From Gemmatimonadales bacterium (GTDB taxonomy: Bacteria; Gemmatimonadota; Gemmatimonadetes; Gemmatimonadales; GWC2-71-9), in the NCBI GenBank assembly GCA_035699205.1, contig DASSBA010000011.1, positions 1,339 to 65,338 on the forward strand: 64,000 nt of DNA, in the 5' to 3' direction. The first letter of the stretch is position 1. Each line of letters starts with the position of its first letter. The position numbers were made by a program, and so were the translations under genes. The notes under the pieces were generated by a model. The model saw only the letters and a list, made by a program, of their open reading frames with translations. It ran no database searches and was not told the origin of the DNA. This document shows positions 8,186 through 17,840 of the stretch, piece after piece.

Positions 8186-9810
8186 CGGGCGGGCTCCTGT
8201 GCGTCGGGAAAGAAGGTCGCGCCGCTCGCCGGTCCGAAATAGTGCACCTCGGCCCTGGACAACGGAAAGGTGTCGCGCCCCAGCGGCCGGGCGTTCAGCC
8301 GGAGCCACGGCTCGAGCGAATCGGTCGCGCCGAGATTGTGGACCGTGGCCACCGCCACCCGGCGCCGCCCGCGCAACAGCCGCTCGACATCCGCCGGCAC
8401 CTTCCGGGTCCCGAGCTGTGTAACCCACGACGCGAGCGGGAGGTCGCGTTCCAGGTACCGCGCCAAGCCGACTACGCCGGACGGAGTGGAGCGGACGAGC
8501 ACCACGTCGCCGGGCTGCGTCCAGGCCTGCAGCCGGGCCGCGATCTCCGGGTACGGCTCCCAGGGCCGAGCGGCCCGGCTCCCGCCGGCCGTCGCCCAGG
8601 CACCCGGGAGCCAGGCGAGCAGAATCGTGCTCAGCAATACGAGGTGGATCGCCGGGGGAAGCCGGCTCAGCCCGAGCGCGACCAGCAGCATGGCGGCGGG
8701 GAGACCGGGCAGTACGTAGCGGGGGACGTCGCTGGTGGTGGTGTGGCGAAGGAGATCGAAGACGAGCGGCCCGGTGCACGTCGCGGCGAGCCATCCCCAG
8801 AGCAGGAGCGGACCGCGGGAGAAGAGGCGGCGTCCCTGACCCCGGAGCGCGATCCATCCGGCCAGCAGCAGCAGCACCAGGGCGACGACACGATCGGCCC
8901 GGCGCCAGCCGTCCAGCAGGCTGACCCCCGACAACAGGCCTCCGGCCAGGGCGATCGGCCGGCCCAGGGCGTGGCGCCACGGCAACCCCCCGTCGAGCCA
9001 GTCGCCCGTCACCCGCCAGCGCGCGAGGCTCGCGGGCACCTGCAGGTACCACGGCAGGACGGCGAGCAGCGTGATCGCCGCCAGCACCGCCGCCCGCCGA
9101 CGACCGGCCGGCGCTGCGCCGAGCCACAGCCAGGCGACGCAGGCCAGCCACACGAACGCGAAGAAGTAGTGGGTGAGCAGGCCCGCCGCGCCGGCCAGCA
9201 CCCACAGCGTGGCGTTCCAGCGTCGGCCGCCGGCCGCCAGCCGGACCGTCAGCCAGGCCAGGGCGAGCCCCAGGCACCAGACCAGCGAGTACATCCTGCC
9301 ATCGGTCGAGTAGAAGCACGCGACCGGCGAGAACGCGAACAGCAGGCACGCCGACCAGGCCACACCGCGCCCGCCCAGCTCGCGGCCCAGCAGCCACAGC
9401 AGCGGCAGCGCCAGCACCGACCACCACACGGAGAACATCCGCAGGGCGGTGTCCCCGGTGCCGAACGCGCGGCTCCACGAATTCAGGAGCAGGTAGTACA
9501 ATGGCGGGCTGGTGTCGGACAGCAGGACCGCCCGGACGACGCGTCCGGGGCCGGCCGCGGGCGTCTCCGCCTCGGCATACCGCCGGAAGACCACCGGTGG
9601 CTGCGCCTCGCGGGGCTGGACGAAGTCGCCGGACCTCGCGTCGGCCGCGGCGGCCGGGTGCTCCAGGCTGTGCCCGGTCGCCATCGCCAGGGAGAAGATC
9701 TCGTCCGCCCAGAGCCCGGGCCGCGCGGCCCCCCTGAGCCGGAGCGCCGTGGCCGCAAGCACGAGGATCACCGCGGCGAGCACCAGCCACGGCGACCGTC
9801 CGGCGGTCAC
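8182..9810 (-). CDS. GT-C fold glycosyltransferase (family 39 / ArnT-PMT-like)
   Basis: C-terminal 542 codons of track ORF 8182-11016 from GTG 9810 (GTGA overlap with the upstream stop). WADEIFSLAMA (DE motif in the first periplasmic loop), many TM segments, soluble C-terminal domain. Confidence 0.8.
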   Translation of the reverse strand: MTAGRSPWLVLAAVILVLAATALRLRGAARPGLWADEIFSLAMATGHSLEHPAAAADARSGDFVQPREAQPPVVFRRYAEAETPAAGPGRVVRAVLLSDTSPPLYYLLLNSWSRAFGTGDTALRMFSVWWSVLALPLLWLLGRELGGRGVAWSACLLFAFSPVACFYSTDGRMYSLVWCLGLALAWLTVRLAAGGRRWNATLWVLAGAAGLLTHYFFAFVWLACVAWLWLGAAPAGRRRAAVLAAITLLAVLPWYLQVPASLARWRVTGDWLDGGLPWRHALGRPIALAGGLLSGVSLLDGWRRADRVVALVLLLLAGWIALRGQGRRLFSRGPLLLWGWLAATCTGPLVFDLLRHTTTSDVPRYVLPGLPAAMLLVALGLSRLPPAIHLVLLSTILLAWLPGAWATAGGSRAARPWEPYPEIAARLQAWTQPGDVVLVRSTPSGVVGLARYLERDLPLASWVTQLGTRKVPADVERLLRGRRRVAVATVHNLGATDSLEPWLRLNARPLGRDTFPLSRAEVHYFGPASGATFFPDAQEPAR

Positions 9811-10964
9811 CTGGCGTCCTGGGACCGGCTCATCGACATGGCGGAGATGAACAGCGACGAGAACAGGGTGCTGCACCCGATGATGACCAGCGTGGCCGCG
9901 AACGATGCCCATTCGGGATGGGGCAGGGGCAGCAGGTCGGAACGCAGCCACTCCACCACGATGGCCACCAGAATCGCGCCGCCGCCGGCGATGAGGCCGG
10001 CGCCCAGCAGCAGGCCGGTCTCGAGCTTGAAGCGGCGATAGAACGCCGCCAGCGCCCGGTTGTCCCGATCGAACCGGCGGCTCCACGAGTAGGTCTTGGT
10101 GTGGAGGCCGAGACTCAGGATCTCGAAGCCGACGACGCTGAAGATCGTCGCGAACACGGCCGTGACGCCGGCCGCCGGCCGCCCGCCGAACCGCACCAGG
10201 CCCAGCAGCACCGCCAGGTGCACGAGCAGGCCAAGGGCGAGCAGGGTGGCGCCCGGCGCGAGGAAGAGCTTGTTCGGCGAATACAGCAGCATCATGCGGA
10301 GGCTGCGCCAGCCGTCGCGGAAGGTCCGCAGCTTCGACTCGCCCTTGCGCGGGGCCAGGACGATGGGGATCTCCTTCACCCGGAGGCCCGCGAGACCGGC
10401 GTTGATCGCGAGCTCCAGGTTGAATTCCATGCCGGGACTCACCGGCCGGATGACATCGTACGTCTCCCGGGCGAACGCCCGGAAGCCGCAATAGACATCG
10501 GTGTACCGGGTGCCGAACAGCAGGTTGAGGATCCGGGTGAGCGCCGGATTGCCGAAGTATCGGTGCAGCGCGGTGATGTGCGCGTCGCCGCCACCGAGGT
10601 AGCGGCTGCCGGTGACGAACTGGTGCGCTTCCCGGTCGAGCGCGGCGACGAACTCGGGGATCATCTCGAAGTCGTAGGTGTCGTCCGCATCCCCCATCAC
10701 CAGATATCGGCCGCGCGCGCTGGCGAATCCCTTGAGGTAGGCGTTGCCGTATCCGCGCAGCGGCTGGTGCACGACCCGCGCGCCCATTGCTTCGGCGATC
10801 GTCACCGAGGCGTCGGTGGAGCCGTTGTCGCACACGACGATCTCGCCGTCGATGGCCGCCGCGGCGAAGGTCCGCTGAATCTTTCGGATGCAGGGACCGA
10901 TCGCCGCCTCCTCGTTGAGGCACGGCATCACGACCGAGACCAGCGGCTCCCCGCTCACTCCCAT
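9807..10964 (-). CDS. GT2 polyprenyl-phosphate glycosyltransferase type (ArnC/GtrB/DPM1-like) with C-terminal TM helices
   Basis: Track ORF 9807-11186 trimmed to MGVSGEPLVSVVMPCLNEE. Motifs: VCDNGSTDAS, LVMGDADDTYD, then 4 TM segments. Confidence 0.85.
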   Translation of the reverse strand: MGVSGEPLVSVVMPCLNEEAAIGPCIRKIQRTFAAAAIDGEIVVCDNGSTDASVTIAEAMGARVVHQPLRGYGNAYLKGFASARGRYLVMGDADDTYDFEMIPEFVAALDREAHQFVTGSRYLGGGDAHITALHRYFGNPALTRILNLLFGTRYTDVYCGFRAFARETYDVIRPVSPGMEFNLELAINAGLAGLRVKEIPIVLAPRKGESKLRTFRDGWRSLRMMLLYSPNKLFLAPGATLLALGLLVHLAVLLGLVRFGGRPAAGVTAVFATIFSVVGFEILSLGLHTKTYSWSRRFDRDNRALAAFYRRFKLETGLLLGAGLIAGGGAILVAIVVEWLRSDLLPLPHPEWASFAATLVIIGCSTLFSSLFISAMSMSRSQDAR

Positions 10965-11938
10965 CGCGGCCGCGCCTCGGCGGCGCCCGCACCGAACCGC
11001 AACCAGCGGATGCCACCCGCGACGAGCCCGGCCGAGTAGGCCATCCGGGCGGCCAGGATCGCCGGCAGCATCAGGAGCGGCTCGAGTATTCGCGCCCGCG
11101 TCCAGCACCACAGGATGTAGCCGGTGCTCCCGAGCGCGAGGGGGAGACTCGCGGCCACGAGCAGGGCCGGGTAGCGATAGACCCATGCCAGGCGTGCCGC
11201 GCCCGTCGGGGCCTTGCTCTCGATGGCGCTGAAGCCCCAGCGGTAGTTGCGGCGGAGGAGATTGCGGAAGCCGGGACGGTTGTAGTGGTGGACGATCGCC
11301 CGGGGGTCGAATACGATGCGCCCGCCCTGGCGGCGGATGTCCGATTGCCAGGCGAGCTCCTCGTGGGCATAGGCCACCGGCTGCTGTTCGGTGAACCCAG
11401 GCGTCCGGGCGAACGCTGCCCGGCGGACACTGACGTTGCCGGGCGGATGATTCGGGACATCGCCCCCCCGACGGCGCGAGTGCACGTGATACCAGCCGCA
11501 GTAGTAGTCGCAGCGTGCCATTGCCGGGAGTCCGGGCGGCAGGTCCAGCGCGCCGCCCACGACCTCCGCGCCGGACTCGTGGCCTTCCAGAAGGCGCGCG
11601 AGCCAGCCGTCCGCGGGCAGGCAGTCGGCGTCGAGAAAGACGAGCGGGTCTCCCCGCGCGGCGAGCGCGCCGCGGTTCCGAGCCGCCGCCGGATTGCCGC
11701 CGCCGGGCCGGGCGCCCAGCTCGACCACCCGCGCGCCCGCCGCTCGCGCGACGTCGGCGGTGTCGTCCGTGGAACCATCGTCCACCAACACGACTTCGGC
11801 GGACCAGCCGGCGGGAGACTGCTGTCGTACGGTGTGAATCAGGTGGGTGATCGTCTTCGACTCGTTGCGGGCCGGCACGATGATCGAAACGGTCCGCTCT
11901 GCCCTGCCGGCGCCACGCTCAGCGTCGGGTGATGGCAT
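10955..11938 (-). CDS. Glycosyltransferase family 2
   Basis: 327 aa. Motifs: VSIIVPARNE, VLVDDGSTDDTADVA, LVFLDADCLPADGWL. Confidence 0.85.
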   Translation of the reverse strand: MPSPDAERGAGRAERTVSIIVPARNESKTITHLIHTVRQQSPAGWSAEVVLVDDGSTDDTADVARAAGARVVELGARPGGGNPAAARNRGALAARGDPLVFLDADCLPADGWLARLLEGHESGAEVVGGALDLPPGLPAMARCDYYCGWYHVHSRRRGGDVPNHPPGNVSVRRAAFARTPGFTEQQPVAYAHEELAWQSDIRRQGGRIVFDPRAIVHHYNRPGFRNLLRRNYRWGFSAIESKAPTGAARLAWVYRYPALLVAASLPLALGSTGYILWCWTRARILEPLLMLPAILAARMAYSAGLVAGGIRWLRFGAGAAEARPRWE

Positions 11939-13166
11939 GCCGCTCCACCTCCCGGTAGAGGCCCTCGACGGAATCCACGAACCTGCCCCAGCCGAAATGC
12001 AGCTTGGCGTACCCGCGGGCGGCAGACGACAGCCGCCGTCCGAGTCCCGGATCGCCCAGGATGGTCAGGATGCCGCCGGCGAGCGCGTCGGTCCGCGGCG
12101 CGACGAGGACCGCGCGGTCCTCCGAGAGGACCGTGCGATGGGTCGGGATGTCGGTGGCGACGATAGGACGGCCCGCGGCCAGGTAGTCGAAGATCTTGAG
12201 CGGCAGGTTCCCGCCGTATGCCCGCGGCGAGACCAGCACGTCGGCCAGCGCCAGGTACGTCGCCATCTCGGCGCGCGGTTGCCGGTCCACGATCCTCAGT
12301 GCGCCCGACTCGACCAGCGGCTCGGCGCCGGCGTGCGCGACGAGGCCGTTGGCGCGGTCCGCGCCGACGAACACGAACGTGGCGCCGGGCACCTGCGCGC
12401 GCACGGCCGGGATCGCGGCGATGAGCTCGGGCAACCCCTGATACGACTCGAACGTCCCGCTGTAGAGCACCACGGGGGCGCCCCCGGTGAGACCCAGGCC
12501 CGCTCGCAGCGACCGTACCGCATCCGGACTCGCATCGGCGGGAGCGCTCGGGTAGTGCCATTCGCGGACCGGAACTTCGGGAACCATGCCGCGGACCCGT
12601 TCGGCCAGGCCGGCGCTCGTAACCACCAGAGTCGACCGCCGCAGCAGCCAGCGCTCCATGGCATTCAGCGCGTCACGGGCCAGTGGCCAACCGAGCGGGC
12701 CCAGCCGCGTGAGCTGCTCCGCGAGGCTCGACTGCATGTCGTACAGCAGGGGGATCCCGTGCCGGTCCGCGAGGAGGGCGGCAGGAAAGGCCGCCTCCTC
12801 GACTGCGTGGATGCAGGCGTAGCGCTCGCGGGCGAGCCGTTGCACGAGCGCAACGGTCAGCGGCACGTCCAGCATGACCTTCCGAAGCGAGAAGCCGATC
12901 GGAATGGCGCGAAATCCGAACGGATTGGCGGAGCGGAAGATACGCAGGCGAGGGGCGGCCACGTCGGAGCCGATCGGGAAGGTGAGGAGATCGGCGGGGC
13001 GCCCGAGCTCCGCGAGCGCCTGCAGGACCTGCCACACCGCGATCGGGGTGCCCCGGTCCTCATAAAACGGCTGCGGGGCCACCACGAGAACGCGGCCGAC
13101 CCGCTGCTTCTCCGCCCGTCGACGGCTGGCTTCGGCTCCGCTTCCAATGGCCTCGAAGTGCGGCAT
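11919..13166 (-). CDS. Glycosyltransferase family 4 (first gene of the minus-strand glycan operon)
   Basis: Track ORF 11919-13355 trimmed to MPHFEAIG (GAGGAG RBS just upstream). Motifs: VLVVAPQPFYEDRGTPIAV, LVSPRAYGGNLPLKIFDYLAAGRPIVATDI. Confidence 0.85.
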   Translation of the reverse strand: MPHFEAIGSGAEASRRRAEKQRVGRVLVVAPQPFYEDRGTPIAVWQVLQALAELGRPADLLTFPIGSDVAAPRLRIFRSANPFGFRAIPIGFSLRKVMLDVPLTVALVQRLARERYACIHAVEEAAFPAALLADRHGIPLLYDMQSSLAEQLTRLGPLGWPLARDALNAMERWLLRRSTLVVTSAGLAERVRGMVPEVPVREWHYPSAPADASPDAVRSLRAGLGLTGGAPVVLYSGTFESYQGLPELIAAIPAVRAQVPGATFVFVGADRANGLVAHAGAEPLVESGALRIVDRQPRAEMATYLALADVLVSPRAYGGNLPLKIFDYLAAGRPIVATDIPTHRTVLSEDRAVLVAPRTDALAGGILTILGDPGLGRRLSSAARGYAKLHFGWGRFVDSVEGLYREVERHAITRR

Positions 13167-13377
13167 GGGCTCCTCTAGAGCCGCAGTGGGCGCCATTCGG
13201 ACGTCGTGTTGGGTCACGCCGCGCTCCGGGTCAGTCAAACGTGTTTCAGTGAATGACTTAGACCAACCATGGAACACCAACGCCTCCGCGGCGCCGAGGA
13301 ACAAGCTCTTGGAGTATAGCCGGGCCGTGCGAAGGCTCTGTGATTCGGGTCGCACGAGGCAGCAAGATCCTTGCCCA

Positions 13378-14076
13378 TCACACCCGGGAGGATGGGCACA
13401 GGTCGGACAGCGTGCACGCCTCGCACCGAGGCCGCCGCGCGATGCAGACCTGACGCCCGTGGAAGATCAACAGGTGGGAGAGCAGGGCCCAATGGTCCCG
13501 CGGGAACAGGGGCATCAGGTCCTGCTCGATCTTGAGCGGGTCCGAATGGCGTGTGAGACCGAGCAGTCGGCTCAGCCGCGCGACGTGGGTGTCGACCGTG
13601 ATCCCCGCGTTGATGCCGAATGCGTTGCCGAGGACGACGTTCGCGGTCTTCCGGCCGACCCCCGGGAGACCGAGCAGCTCCGCCATGGTCCGCGGCACCT
13701 GGCCGCCGTAGTCGGCGACGAGGGCCTGGGCCATGCCGATCAGGCTCCTGGTCTTGTTGCGGAAAAAGCCGGTGGACTGGATGATCGCCTCGACCTCGGC
13801 CGGCCTGGCGCGCGCCAGCGCCTCGGGCGTGGGATAGTGCTCGAACAGCACCGGCGTGACGAGGTTGACCCTCGCGTCGGTGCATTGCGCCGAGAGGATC
13901 GTGGCGCAGAGCAGCTCGAAGGCATCGCGGTGCTCCAGCGCGCAGTGGGCGTCGGGGTACGCGGCCAGCAGCCGCGTGAGGAGCTCGGGCGCACGCGCCG
14001 CCGCGTCACGGGTGCGCCGGGCCGGGAACCCACCCGTCCGGCGCCGCTCGGCGGCGGCGGATTGCTTCGCCTTCAT
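13378..14076 (-). CDS. nth: Endonuclease III (DNA glycosylase/AP lyase)
   Basis: Starts at MKAKQS in track ORF 13378-15003. HhH-GPD LLGLPGVGRKTANVVLGNAF, catalytic D in VDTHVARL, terminal 4Fe-4S cluster C-x6-C-x2-C-x5-C (CIARRPRCEACTLSDLC). Confidence 0.92.
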   Translation of the reverse strand: MKAKQSAAAERRRTGGFPARRTRDAAARAPELLTRLLAAYPDAHCALEHRDAFELLCATILSAQCTDARVNLVTPVLFEHYPTPEALARARPAEVEAIIQSTGFFRNKTRSLIGMAQALVADYGGQVPRTMAELLGLPGVGRKTANVVLGNAFGINAGITVDTHVARLSRLLGLTRHSDPLKIEQDLMPLFPRDHWALLSHLLIFHGRQVCIARRPRCEACTLSDLCPSSRV

Positions 14077-15821
14077 CCGTGCTTCCGGCGCGCCGCGTGC
14101 GCCAGGAATGTCTCGACCGGCAGCGTGTTCAGAATGTCGTGGGGCCCCAGCCAGCCCTTCCGCGCGATGCCTACGCCATACTCGACGTTCGCGATCCCTC
14201 CCACGCTGTGCGCGTCCGCGCCGATCGAGATGGCCGCGCCGCGGTCGCGGGCGCCGCGCAGCACGCGCCAGTCGAGATCGAGGCGGTGCGGGTCGGCGTT
14301 GATCTCGAGCGCCACACCGGTGGCCGCGGCCTTCTCGATGACCGCGTCGAGCTCGAGGCCGTAGGGATCGCGCGAGAGGAGCAGCCGGCCGGTCGGATGC
14401 CCGATGATCGTGAGATGGGGATTGTCCATCGCCGCGAGCATCCGCGCGGTCATCTCGCGCTCGCCCATGTTGAAGCGGCTGTGCACCGAGGCGATCACGA
14501 AGTCGAGCCGGGCGAGTACCGCCTCGTCGAAGTCGATGCGGCCGTCCTGCAGGATGTCGGCTTCCACGCTCTTGAGCACCCGGATGCCGTGGAGGCGCGC
14601 GTTGAGTTCGTCGATTTCGTCCGACTGCCGGGCCAGGTCGTCCGGCTTGAGCCCGCCGGCGTACGCCGCCGCCTGGCTGTGATCGGTGATGCCGACGTAC
14701 TCGTAGCCCGCCGCCCGGCACGCGAGTGCCAGCTCCTCGACCGAGTTCGAGCCGTCGGAGTACCGGGTGTGGCAGTGGAGGAAACCACGGAGGTTCTCGC
14801 GCTCGAGCAGCCGGGGCAGCGCGTGATGCGCCGCCGCCTCGATCTCGCCCTGGCCCTCGCGCAGCTCGGGCGGAATGAAGTCGAGACCCAGGGTCGCATA
14901 GAAGCCGGCCTCGCCGGGAGTGGCGACGAACTCGCTGCCGTGCCACAGCGCCGCGCCCGTCAGGGTGAAGTCGCGCGACGCCGCGTGGGCCCCGAGCTCG
15001 CACAGGTGGCGCTCGCTTCCCGTGGCCTGCACCAGGACCGCGCCGGTATTGACCGGGGTGGTCACCACGATCTGCGCGCTCGCCCCGCCGGCGAACCGGA
15101 GGGTCATCCGCCGGTCGTCCTGGCCGGCGAATTCGTGAATGCCGGGCAACTGGCTCAGCCGCCGGAACAGCTCGGCCGGTGGTACCGCGGCCACGATCAC
15201 GATGACGATGTCACGCACCACCTCGACCCGGCGCCGGACCTCGCCCGCGACCACCGCCTGGAGCACGCCGGGAAGCCGCTCCAGCGCGGCCCGGAGTCCC
15301 TCCGCCTCGTCGGCGGCATGGTGGGAGAGCCGGAAGGCACTCGCCTGCCGGAGGAATGCGATGGCCTTGAGGATGTTCTCGGAGGTCTTGGGGCCGAAGC
15401 GCGGGAGCCGCGCGAGCCGCCCGTCGAGCGCGGCGGCCTCGAGCTCGGGGACCGAGTCGATGTCGAGCACCTCGTGGATCTGCCGGATCTTGGCGATGCC
15501 GAGCCCCGAGATGGCGAGCATCTCGACCAGGCCGGGCGGAATCTGCTCGCGCAGCTCCTCGAGCATGCTCGCCCGGCCGGTGGCGACGATCTCGGAGACG
15601 ATCTGGAGGGTCGCGGGGCCCACGCCCTTGGCCGCCGCCAGGCTGCCGTCGTCCAGCCCGTCGCGGAGATCACCCGGAAAGCTGCCGACGGCCCGTGCCG
15701 CCGTCCGGAAGGCGCGGATGCGGAACGGGTTCTCGCCCTTGAGCTCGAGGAAGGCGGCGATCTGCTCCAGCACCTGCGCGACCGCCTTCTTGTCCATGAA
15801 ACTTCGAACCGCGTCCGTCAT
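14073..15821 (-). CDS. polX: DNA polymerase X family with C-terminal PHP phosphoesterase domain
   Basis: Track ORF 14073-16262 trimmed to MTDAVRS. Motifs: NPFRIRAFRTAARAV, HhH GVGPATLQIV and ISGLGIAKIRQI, PHP FLHCHTRYSDG ... GITDHS ... ASVH. ATGA overlap with nth. Confidence 0.9.
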   Translation of the reverse strand: MTDAVRSFMDKKAVAQVLEQIAAFLELKGENPFRIRAFRTAARAVGSFPGDLRDGLDDGSLAAAKGVGPATLQIVSEIVATGRASMLEELREQIPPGLVEMLAISGLGIAKIRQIHEVLDIDSVPELEAAALDGRLARLPRFGPKTSENILKAIAFLRQASAFRLSHHAADEAEGLRAALERLPGVLQAVVAGEVRRRVEVVRDIVIVIVAAVPPAELFRRLSQLPGIHEFAGQDDRRMTLRFAGGASAQIVVTTPVNTGAVLVQATGSERHLCELGAHAASRDFTLTGAALWHGSEFVATPGEAGFYATLGLDFIPPELREGQGEIEAAAHHALPRLLERENLRGFLHCHTRYSDGSNSVEELALACRAAGYEYVGITDHSQAAAYAGGLKPDDLARQSDEIDELNARLHGIRVLKSVEADILQDGRIDFDEAVLARLDFVIASVHSRFNMGEREMTARMLAAMDNPHLTIIGHPTGRLLLSRDPYGLELDAVIEKAAATGVALEINADPHRLDLDWRVLRGARDRGAAISIGADAHSVGGIANVEYGVGIARKGWLGPHDILNTLPVETFLAHAARRKHG

Positions 15822-16486
15822 CTTGGCGCGACCGACAGCTCGCCGGCGAGCGCCCGGGTACGCCAGCCGAGCTCGAGCAGCTCCTCGGCGCCGACGAGGG
15901 AGTACAGCCCCGCGGCCGCTCCGCCGGCGAGCACGGGTGAGAAGAGCGGCGTTCCATCGGGCCGCTCCAGATCGCGAGGGCGGGGGCCGGCGGTCTCGAC
16001 CGCGCTGAAGCCGTCCCGATCGGGGCGGAGACCGAAGATGCCCAGCACGCGGAGGTCGCCGCCGGCACTGTGCACGAAGCACCCATCCATCGGCTCCGCC
16101 GCCTGGGCGTCGATCACCCGGGCCCACACGTGACGCTCGAGGAGTTGCACGTAGTAGGCGCGCGGCGCCTCGTCGGCGACGGGTCCCGGCCAGTCCGGCG
16201 AGTCGAGCAACGCCGAGAGCCGGTCGCCCGTGAGCGCCAGGGTGGGCGTGCCGACCTCCCACAGGAGGTACGCGTGATGCGCGAGGGCCACGAGCTGGTC
16301 CATCCCCTCGCCCAGCCCCTCCGCCGGCCGGAGGTCATGCAGCAGTTGCACGACCTCCGGTACGACCAGGAAGGCGTCGCGGTCGGTCGGGTCGCGCCCA
16401 TCGCGCTCCAGGGCGGTCCGGACGCTGGGGAAGACGGTCTCGGCGGTGCGAGCGAAGACGAGGTCGAAGGGGGTGGGTCGGGTCAT
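15818..16486 (-). CDS. Hypothetical protein, translationally coupled to polX
   Basis: 222-aa ORF in a coding-like frame. 4-nt overlap with the polX start. I recognise no motif. Confidence 0.55.
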   Translation of the reverse strand: MTRPTPFDLVFARTAETVFPSVRTALERDGRDPTDRDAFLVVPEVVQLLHDLRPAEGLGEGMDQLVALAHHAYLLWEVGTPTLALTGDRLSALLDSPDWPGPVADEAPRAYYVQLLERHVWARVIDAQAAEPMDGCFVHSAGGDLRVLGIFGLRPDRDGFSAVETAGPRPRDLERPDGTPLFSPVLAGGAAAGLYSLVGAEELLELGWRTRALAGELSVAPR

Positions 16487-16534
16487 GTCGGAAGATAGCA
16501 GCCTGGGGGGTAAGGCCAGGGTCCTCCCCGAGGC

Positions 16535-17350
16535 TCACAAAAAGCCGCCTACGGTGCTCCGAAACTCTTCGAACGCCTCTACATACGGCACATGCCCGCA
16601 GCGGGGGATCGAATGGAACCTCGCGCCGATCAGCTCGGCCGTCACCCGGGCGGCCTCGATCGGAATCGGGTCCTCCGCACCATGCACCACGAGCGCCGGC
16701 ACGCCCCGCAGCGCCGGCAGCCGGGGGCGGAGGTCGTAGTCGCCCAGGCTGTGCCAGACTTCCTGCTGGGTGCGGCCGGCGACCCGGAAGGGCGTGAGGT
16801 CGCGCGCCCGCGAGTGGTCGAAGAAGTAGGGAGCCACCGAGAGCTCGAACATCCGCCGCTGGAACGCCGCCGGCTCGCGCTCGCGGAGCCCGCTTTCCCG
16901 AAGCAGCCGGCGCTCCTCCTGGAGTGCCGGATCCAGGTTGCGCCGCGCGAAGGCGGCCTCGAACCGTTCGCGGGCGGCGCGCCAGGTGGGTGCGGGGGAC
17001 ACGAGCGCGAGCCGCCCGACCCGTTCCGGATGCTCGAGCGCGTAGAGCAGCGCGAGGAGTCCGCCCCACGAATAGCCGGCGATCGTCAGCCGGTCGAATC
17101 CCCAGTAGGCGCGGAGCGCCTCGAGGTCCCCGACCTGCTCCCTCCAGCCCACCGGAACGTCCCGCGCTACCGGCGAACGCCCGCCGCCGCGCTGATCGTA
17201 GTAGACGAGCTCGCGCCCGTGGGCCAGCGCGTCGAAGCCGGGGAGGAGGTACTCGTGGTCCGCCCCGGGGCCGCCGTGGAGCACCACCACCGGCGGTCCC
17301 TGTCCGATCCGGCGGACGAGGAGCTCGACGCCAGCGACAGGCACGAGCAT
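16535..17350 (-). CDS. Alpha/beta hydrolase (proline iminopeptidase-like)
   Basis: Track ORF trimmed to MLVPVAG. Motifs: VVVLHGGPGADHEY, nucleophile elbow GYSWGG, C-terminal CGHVPYVE. Confidence 0.85.
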   Translation of the reverse strand: MLVPVAGVELLVRRIGQGPPVVVLHGGPGADHEYLLPGFDALAHGRELVYYDQRGGGRSPVARDVPVGWREQVGDLEALRAYWGFDRLTIAGYSWGGLLALLYALEHPERVGRLALVSPAPTWRAARERFEAAFARRNLDPALQEERRLLRESGLREREPAAFQRRMFELSVAPYFFDHSRARDLTPFRVAGRTQQEVWHSLGDYDLRPRLPALRGVPALVVHGAEDPIPIEAARVTAELIGARFHSIPRCGHVPYVEAFEEFRSTVGGFL

Positions 17351-17382
17351 CTCACGCGCGGCCCGTGGTTCGAGCACGCCCG

Positions 17383-17838
17383 TCAGAGCAGCACGGCCAG
17401 CGCGTCCGCCACCTTCCGGACCGCCGCCTCCTCGTCGGGCGTGAAGGGGTCGGGAACGTCGCTGTCGATATCGATCTGCCCCAGGAGCATGGCGCCACGC
17501 CGGATGAGCACCACGAGCTCGGAGCGGGTCCACGTGTTGCACGCGAGATAGTTCGCAATGGAGTGAACGTCGGGCACGTTCTGGTCGAGCCCGGTCGCCA
17601 CGGCTGTTCCGCAGACGCCGTGACCCACCGGGATGCGGGTGTGCTCGGTTTCGCGCCCGGCGAACGCCTCGAGCACCAGCTCGTCCCCATGCAGCATGTA
17701 CAGGTAGACGGAGGTGTAGGGCGCCCCGGCGGCCCGGATCCGCTCGGCCGCGAGCGTGAGGAGCTCCGCGCGGCCCGCGTCCCGGGCGAAGGCGCCCCGG
17801 AGCGCCGCGACCACGCGATCGGCGTCGAGGATGGGCAT
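17383..17838 (-). CDS. GAF domain protein (free Met-R-sulfoxide reductase/YebR-like)
   Basis: 151 aa. Motifs: IPVGHGVCGTAVATG, IANYLACN, LLGQIDIDSD, typical of single-domain GAF proteins. Confidence 0.78.
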   Translation of the reverse strand: MPILDADRVVAALRGAFARDAGRAELLTLAAERIRAAGAPYTSVYLYMLHGDELVLEAFAGRETEHTRIPVGHGVCGTAVATGLDQNVPDVHSIANYLACNTWTRSELVVLIRRGAMLLGQIDIDSDVPDPFTPDEEAAVRKVADALAVLL

Positions 17839-17840
17839 GC

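Noticed and set aside
6050-8242. 730-aa plus-strand ORF
   Set aside because: It is antisense to wzt and wzm; this is a shadow ORF.
7319-11016. Very long minus-strand ORFs (823 aa at 7319-9790 and 944 aa at 8182-11016)
   Set aside because: Only their C-terminal parts match Wzm and the GT-C enzyme. The N-terminal extensions overlap the real upstream genes in other frames and are Arg/Pro-rich. I trimmed them to internal starts that give 4-nt overlaps.
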